The notes beneath the pieces were generated by a model. The model searched no databases. It was not told the origin of the DNA and was given only the letters and a program-made list of their open reading frames with translations. A program made the translations under genes and the position numbers. This document shows, piece by piece, positions 60,255 to 64,000 of a stretch of 64,000 bases of DNA (position 1 is the stretch's first letter; the number at the start of each line of letters is the position of its first letter). Location: positions 181,003 to 245,002 of the forward strand of contig CAWJKT010000008.1 of the NCBI GenBank assembly GCA_963843375.1, read 5' to 3'. Origin of the DNA: an uncultured Pseudomonadota bacterium (lineage in GTDB: Bacteria; Oederibacteriota; Muellerivitia; Muellerivitales; Muellerivitaceae).

Positions 60255-63200
60255 TTAATCCTCCCCCCTCTTCTCTTTTTTATACAAATGCTCTATCCTC
60301 TTCAGGAAAACCGGAAGCAGGGTCAAGCTGAGGGTCATTGAGGCGCCCAAGCCGCCCAAAATGGCCACCGCGAATGGCCGCGCAGTCTCCGATCCGATGG
60401 CATGGGACATGGCCGCCGGGAGCAACCCGATGATGGCTACACCGTTTGAAATCAGGATGCTTCGACCCTTTTCCAGCAGGGCCTTGGATGCATCCCGGGT
60501 TTTGACAAATGCCGAAATGATCATCATGGCAGTTAAAAAGGACACCCCGATGCGGATGATACCCCCGGCCGCCGCCGAGATGCTGAGGTTCAACCCCGCC
60601 AACCGCAGGGCCGCCAGACCCCCCACGGTGGCAAAGGGGATTTCCCAAAGCAAGATCGCAAGCAAGACCCAGTCCTTAAACCAGGTATATATGATGGCGA
60701 TCATGACAACCAGGCAGATTGGCACGATGATGCTCAACTGGCGGCTGGCTCTTTCGGCGTTCTCGAAAGTGCCTGACCAGTTGTACCAGTAATGGGGCGG
60801 AAACTTGACCCCAGCCTTGATCTGGCTGTCGGCGTCGTTCACGAAATCCACCACCGCCCTTCCTCGCACCGAGCATTTGCAGGCCACGCGCCTTTCCCCT
60901 TCTTCGCGGTAGATATGCGAGATGCCGTTAACCACCTTGGCGTCGGTCACCTCGCCCATGGGCACATAGCCCCCGTTGGGCATCTGTATGGGGATGGAAT
61001 TCAGGACGTTCGGGGTGATAACGGGCGGCAGGTCGGGCTTGACCAGGATATCCACGTAGCGACCCTGCTTGTCCACCATTTGACCAACCCACTTACCCGA
61101 AAGGCAGGTGGAAAGCACATCTTCCGCCGTGGCCACCTGGATTCCGTAACGATCCAAGGCGTCCCGGTTCATCACATACTGCAATTCGGGTTGTTCCAAA
61201 AGCTGTTCTTCGTCAACGTCCGTGCCACCGGGGGTCTTTTGCAAGATCGCCTCACACTGGTCCGAGAGATTTTGAAGGGTCCGGATATCCGGGCCGTGGA
61301 TCTTGAGGGCCAATTCACCCATGACTCCGGTGATGAGCCTCGTCTACGTTGTCCTTGATGTATTGGGAATAATAAAAGTCCACCCCATCAATGTCCTTTT
61401 CCTGTTCCCGGATCAGATTGTCGAACCCCTCGATCGAATCGGCGCTTTTCCATTCTTCCGGGTCTCCCAAGTCCACCTGGATTTCGTCCGTGTCCAGCCC
61501 ATTGATGTCGCTTCCGTCATCGGGTCGCCCGATACTGGGAAACCACCGACTTGACCTCGGGGATCCGCATCATCCGTACCCTTATTTCATGGGCCAGTTG
61601 AACCGACTTCTCCCGGGAAATGGTGGGCGGGGCGAAATAGCGGATCCAAAGATTGCCCTCGTTCATCTGAGGCAAAAATTCCGTGCCCATTCCCCAATTG
61701 AGGGCAACGATGGCGGCTAGAAGAACAAAGCCCGCGATCCAGGCGATATATTTGAACCCGTTGAACCAAAGCATGACGCGGTTGCAGCGGTGCAATATCC
61801 AATGGAAGACCACGTCCGATTTGCTGTTCTTGACACCGATGGGCGCCCAGGCCGCGCACATGGGAAGGAAGATGAAGGCACCCAGCTGTCCGCCCGCCAG
61901 AGCGGAAACCAGCGTGATGCCCAGGGGCCGGAATATTTTGCCCTCGATGCGCTGGAGGCTCAATATGGGGATGAAAGCGATGAGCAGCAGGAAGGCGCAA
62001 AGCAGGGCGGGCCCCAGAACCTCGGAAAGGGCCAGGGCGTTTTCCTCGTCGTCCTTTCGTTTTTGCCGGGCCAGGGTAACGGTCAGGGCCTCGGCCCCGA
62101 AAACCGCAGTCTCAACGATGATGCCGAAGTCCACCGCGCCCAGGGAAATCAGATTGGGGTTATACCCGCAGAAGTGCAGCCCCACGAAGGCCATTAAGAG
62201 CGCGAAGGGGATGATCATGGCCACACCCGCCGACATGGCCCAATATTCCACACCAAAACCCAAGATCAAAAGCGTGCAGACCAAGGCGACCCCGAACATG
62301 ACATTGTGGAAGACCGTGCGGCTGCTGCGATGGATGAGGTCTCCCCGGTCGTAATAGGGGTGAATCTGGCAGCCCTTGGGAAGGACATCCTCGTTGAGAT
62401 GTTTGACCATCTTGTGGATGGCGGCCAAGGTTTCCAATTCATTGGCGCCAACCCGCACATTGATGAGGGACCGCACCACGTCGTCCCGCAGGCCCTCGCC
62501 CGACTGCCCCAAGCGTTGGTGGTGGCTGATGACCACCTTTCCAATGTCCCTAACTCGGATGGGCGTGCTGCCGTTGGTGGCGATGACCGCGTTTTCCAGG
62601 GCAATGGGGTCGGCGTAAAGTCCGATGGATCGCACAATGTAGGTTTCCTGGCCATGCGTGATCCAGTCCCCTCCGGCGTTCTGATGGTTATTACCCAGGT
62701 TCTGAGCGATTTGGGCGTAGGTGAGCCCCAGGGCCTTCATACGGGGGGTGTCGATTTGGATCTTAATAACGCGGGTGGGGCCGCCCAAAGTTTCCACGTC
62801 AGCCACGCCCGGGAGGGTCTCGAAGGCACGGGTAATTTCCCAGTCCTGGTACATGCGTTGTTCGTCTACGGGCAGGTCGCCGTCCAGGGTGTAGCGGAAG
62901 AACTGGCCCGTGGGGGTGGCGTCGGCGTTGAGGCCGGGGGTAATCCCCGTGGGAAGGTTGGCGTTGCCCATGTAACTGGTGGTGTCGATGCGGGCTTTCC
63001 AGTCTGGAATGTCGTCGTTGAAGGTCAAAAGAATGGAGCTCAAGCCATATTCGGAGAGTGAGTTAGAATTGATGACGCCCGGTGTGCTGCGGGTGGCCAC
63101 TTCCAGCGGCACGGTGATAAGGCGCTCAATCTCCTCCGCGGAGTGTCCGGGCCACTGGGTCTGCACCTGCACTTGGACGTTTGTAAACTCGGGGAAGGCG

Positions 63201-63319
63201 ATGATCTCGCTGTTGAAAGCAATAAAAGCGCCGTAGCCGATGATCCCTAGAAGCATGATGAGGAAGAGCACGAAAGCTTCTTTTTGGAACCGCATCCATT
63301 TTAAAATGATGTTAACCAT
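60255..63319 (-). CDS. czcA: CusA/CzcA-family heavy-metal efflux RND permease, frameshifts near 61534 and 61336
   Basis: FP..TN.QV.V.T..PG.SAEE.E..IT.PLE, SLGAVDFG, EGK.F.P, EFLP..NEG, GRPDDG, G.FEN..RA, GSET.RP.A. Confidence 0.9.
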
Positions 63320-63386
63320 TTTTATTCCTTTGATTCCCGGCTTGATTCCATCGCCAGGCTTTTAAACTATCTTGAAAACCGGTTTC

Positions 63387-64000
63387 TCAGCTGCCCCCGT
63401 AGATGCCGTTGATCTTGCTAAAGAGCAGCAGCGCTCCGTCCGTGCAAACCGAATCCCCCTCCTGCAAGTCCCCGGTCTTGACAGGCCGCACATCGCTGGT
63501 ATCGTCCGTCTCGTTGACGATTTGCACCGGCACCGCCACTGCGTTTTTCTCGTCGCCCTTGAGCACGTATTGCACTTCCTTGCGAAACACGATGGCCGAG
63601 GTGGGAATCTTCAGGACGGGCTGAGCCGCCCCGGTTTCCACCGTGCCGTAAACCAGTTCCGAGAGGTTGACCCCGGCGGGTAGCGGAACGGGCCTAAGCC
63701 GCACGATGGTGGTACGCATGTTGGGGTCGATGGTGGGCACGATGGTCTCAATGGTGGAGGTGTAGGACGTTGTCGGGTCGGAGGCCAGTTGGAACGTGAC
63801 CTTTTGCCCGATGTGCAGGTCCAAGACATATCTCTCGGCGATGTCTAGTTCCACCCGCAGTTTGCGCATATCCAGGATGTTGGCCAAGGGCTGACCCTGG
63901 TTGTAGATAGTGCCCGCACTGACAAGGTTTTGAAGGATCACACCGGTAAAGAGAGAGACGATCTCGTAATTTCCGTTTTCCACCTTGACCCCCAGTTGCT
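63387..64000 (-). CDS. RND periplasmic adaptor (CzcB/CusB-like), partial at window end
   Basis: I.S...G.I, G.PL..I.D, IDP..RT..VR, IP.SA, GDL.EGD.V...G; frame open to window edge. Confidence 0.88.
   Translation of the reverse strand, partial: QLGVKVENGNYEIVSLFTGVILQNLVSAGTIYNQGQPLANILDMRKLRVELDIAERYVLDLHIGQKVTFQLASDPTTSYTSTIETIVPTIDPNMRTTIVRLRPVPLPAGVNLSELVYGTVETGAAQPVLKIPTSAIVFRKEVQYVLKGDEKNAVAVPVQIVNETDDTSDVRPVKTGDLQEGDSVCTDGALLLFSKINGIYGGS

Overview
A chromosomal window (no rRNA, tRNA, CRISPR, intact IS or prophage seen) from a diderm bacterium. Nearly all genes from 15 to 47 kb run on the minus strand. Core genes: HU (3' end), polA, parAB, nnr, acpS, a complete atpZI-BEFHAGDC operon, AmmeMemoRadiSam A/B, rimI-tsaB-tsaE-thiL, argJ, ada, mazEF and a CzcB/CzcA-type RND pump followed by a PII-like gene. 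The left 15 kb holds secreted or surface proteins: a Thr/Pro-repeat lipoprotein, a TPR plus beta-barrel protein, a GH9 glycoside hydrolase with a ~345-aa Thr-rich linker and a T9SS-type-A-like C-terminal domain, and a PGRS-like Gly-rich autotransporter. This Thr/Pro-rich, YPNP-CTD protein style recalls uncultured lineages such as candidate division FCPU426; that is a tentative inference, not a verified assignment. Several conserved genes (polA, atpD, tsaE, thiL, czcA, a GT2 and a flippase) are broken by single-base indels, most likely long-read consensus errors. Best leads: (1) a translationally coupled active/catalytically dead Deg-type protease pair in which the dead copy is a lipoprotein; (2) a T9SS-like sorting signal in an apparently non-Bacteroidota genome, with GT2, flippase, B12-radical-SAM and three GT-C genes that could glycosylate the mucin-like proteins; (3) an alkaliphile-type Lys/Gly pair in ATP synthase subunit a; (4) a DUF1802-MEMO1-AMMECR1-2xBFN nuclease cluster; (5) a 78-nt intergenic hairpin that folds better antisense to its flanking genes. 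All assignments come from reading motifs by eye; no searches were run.
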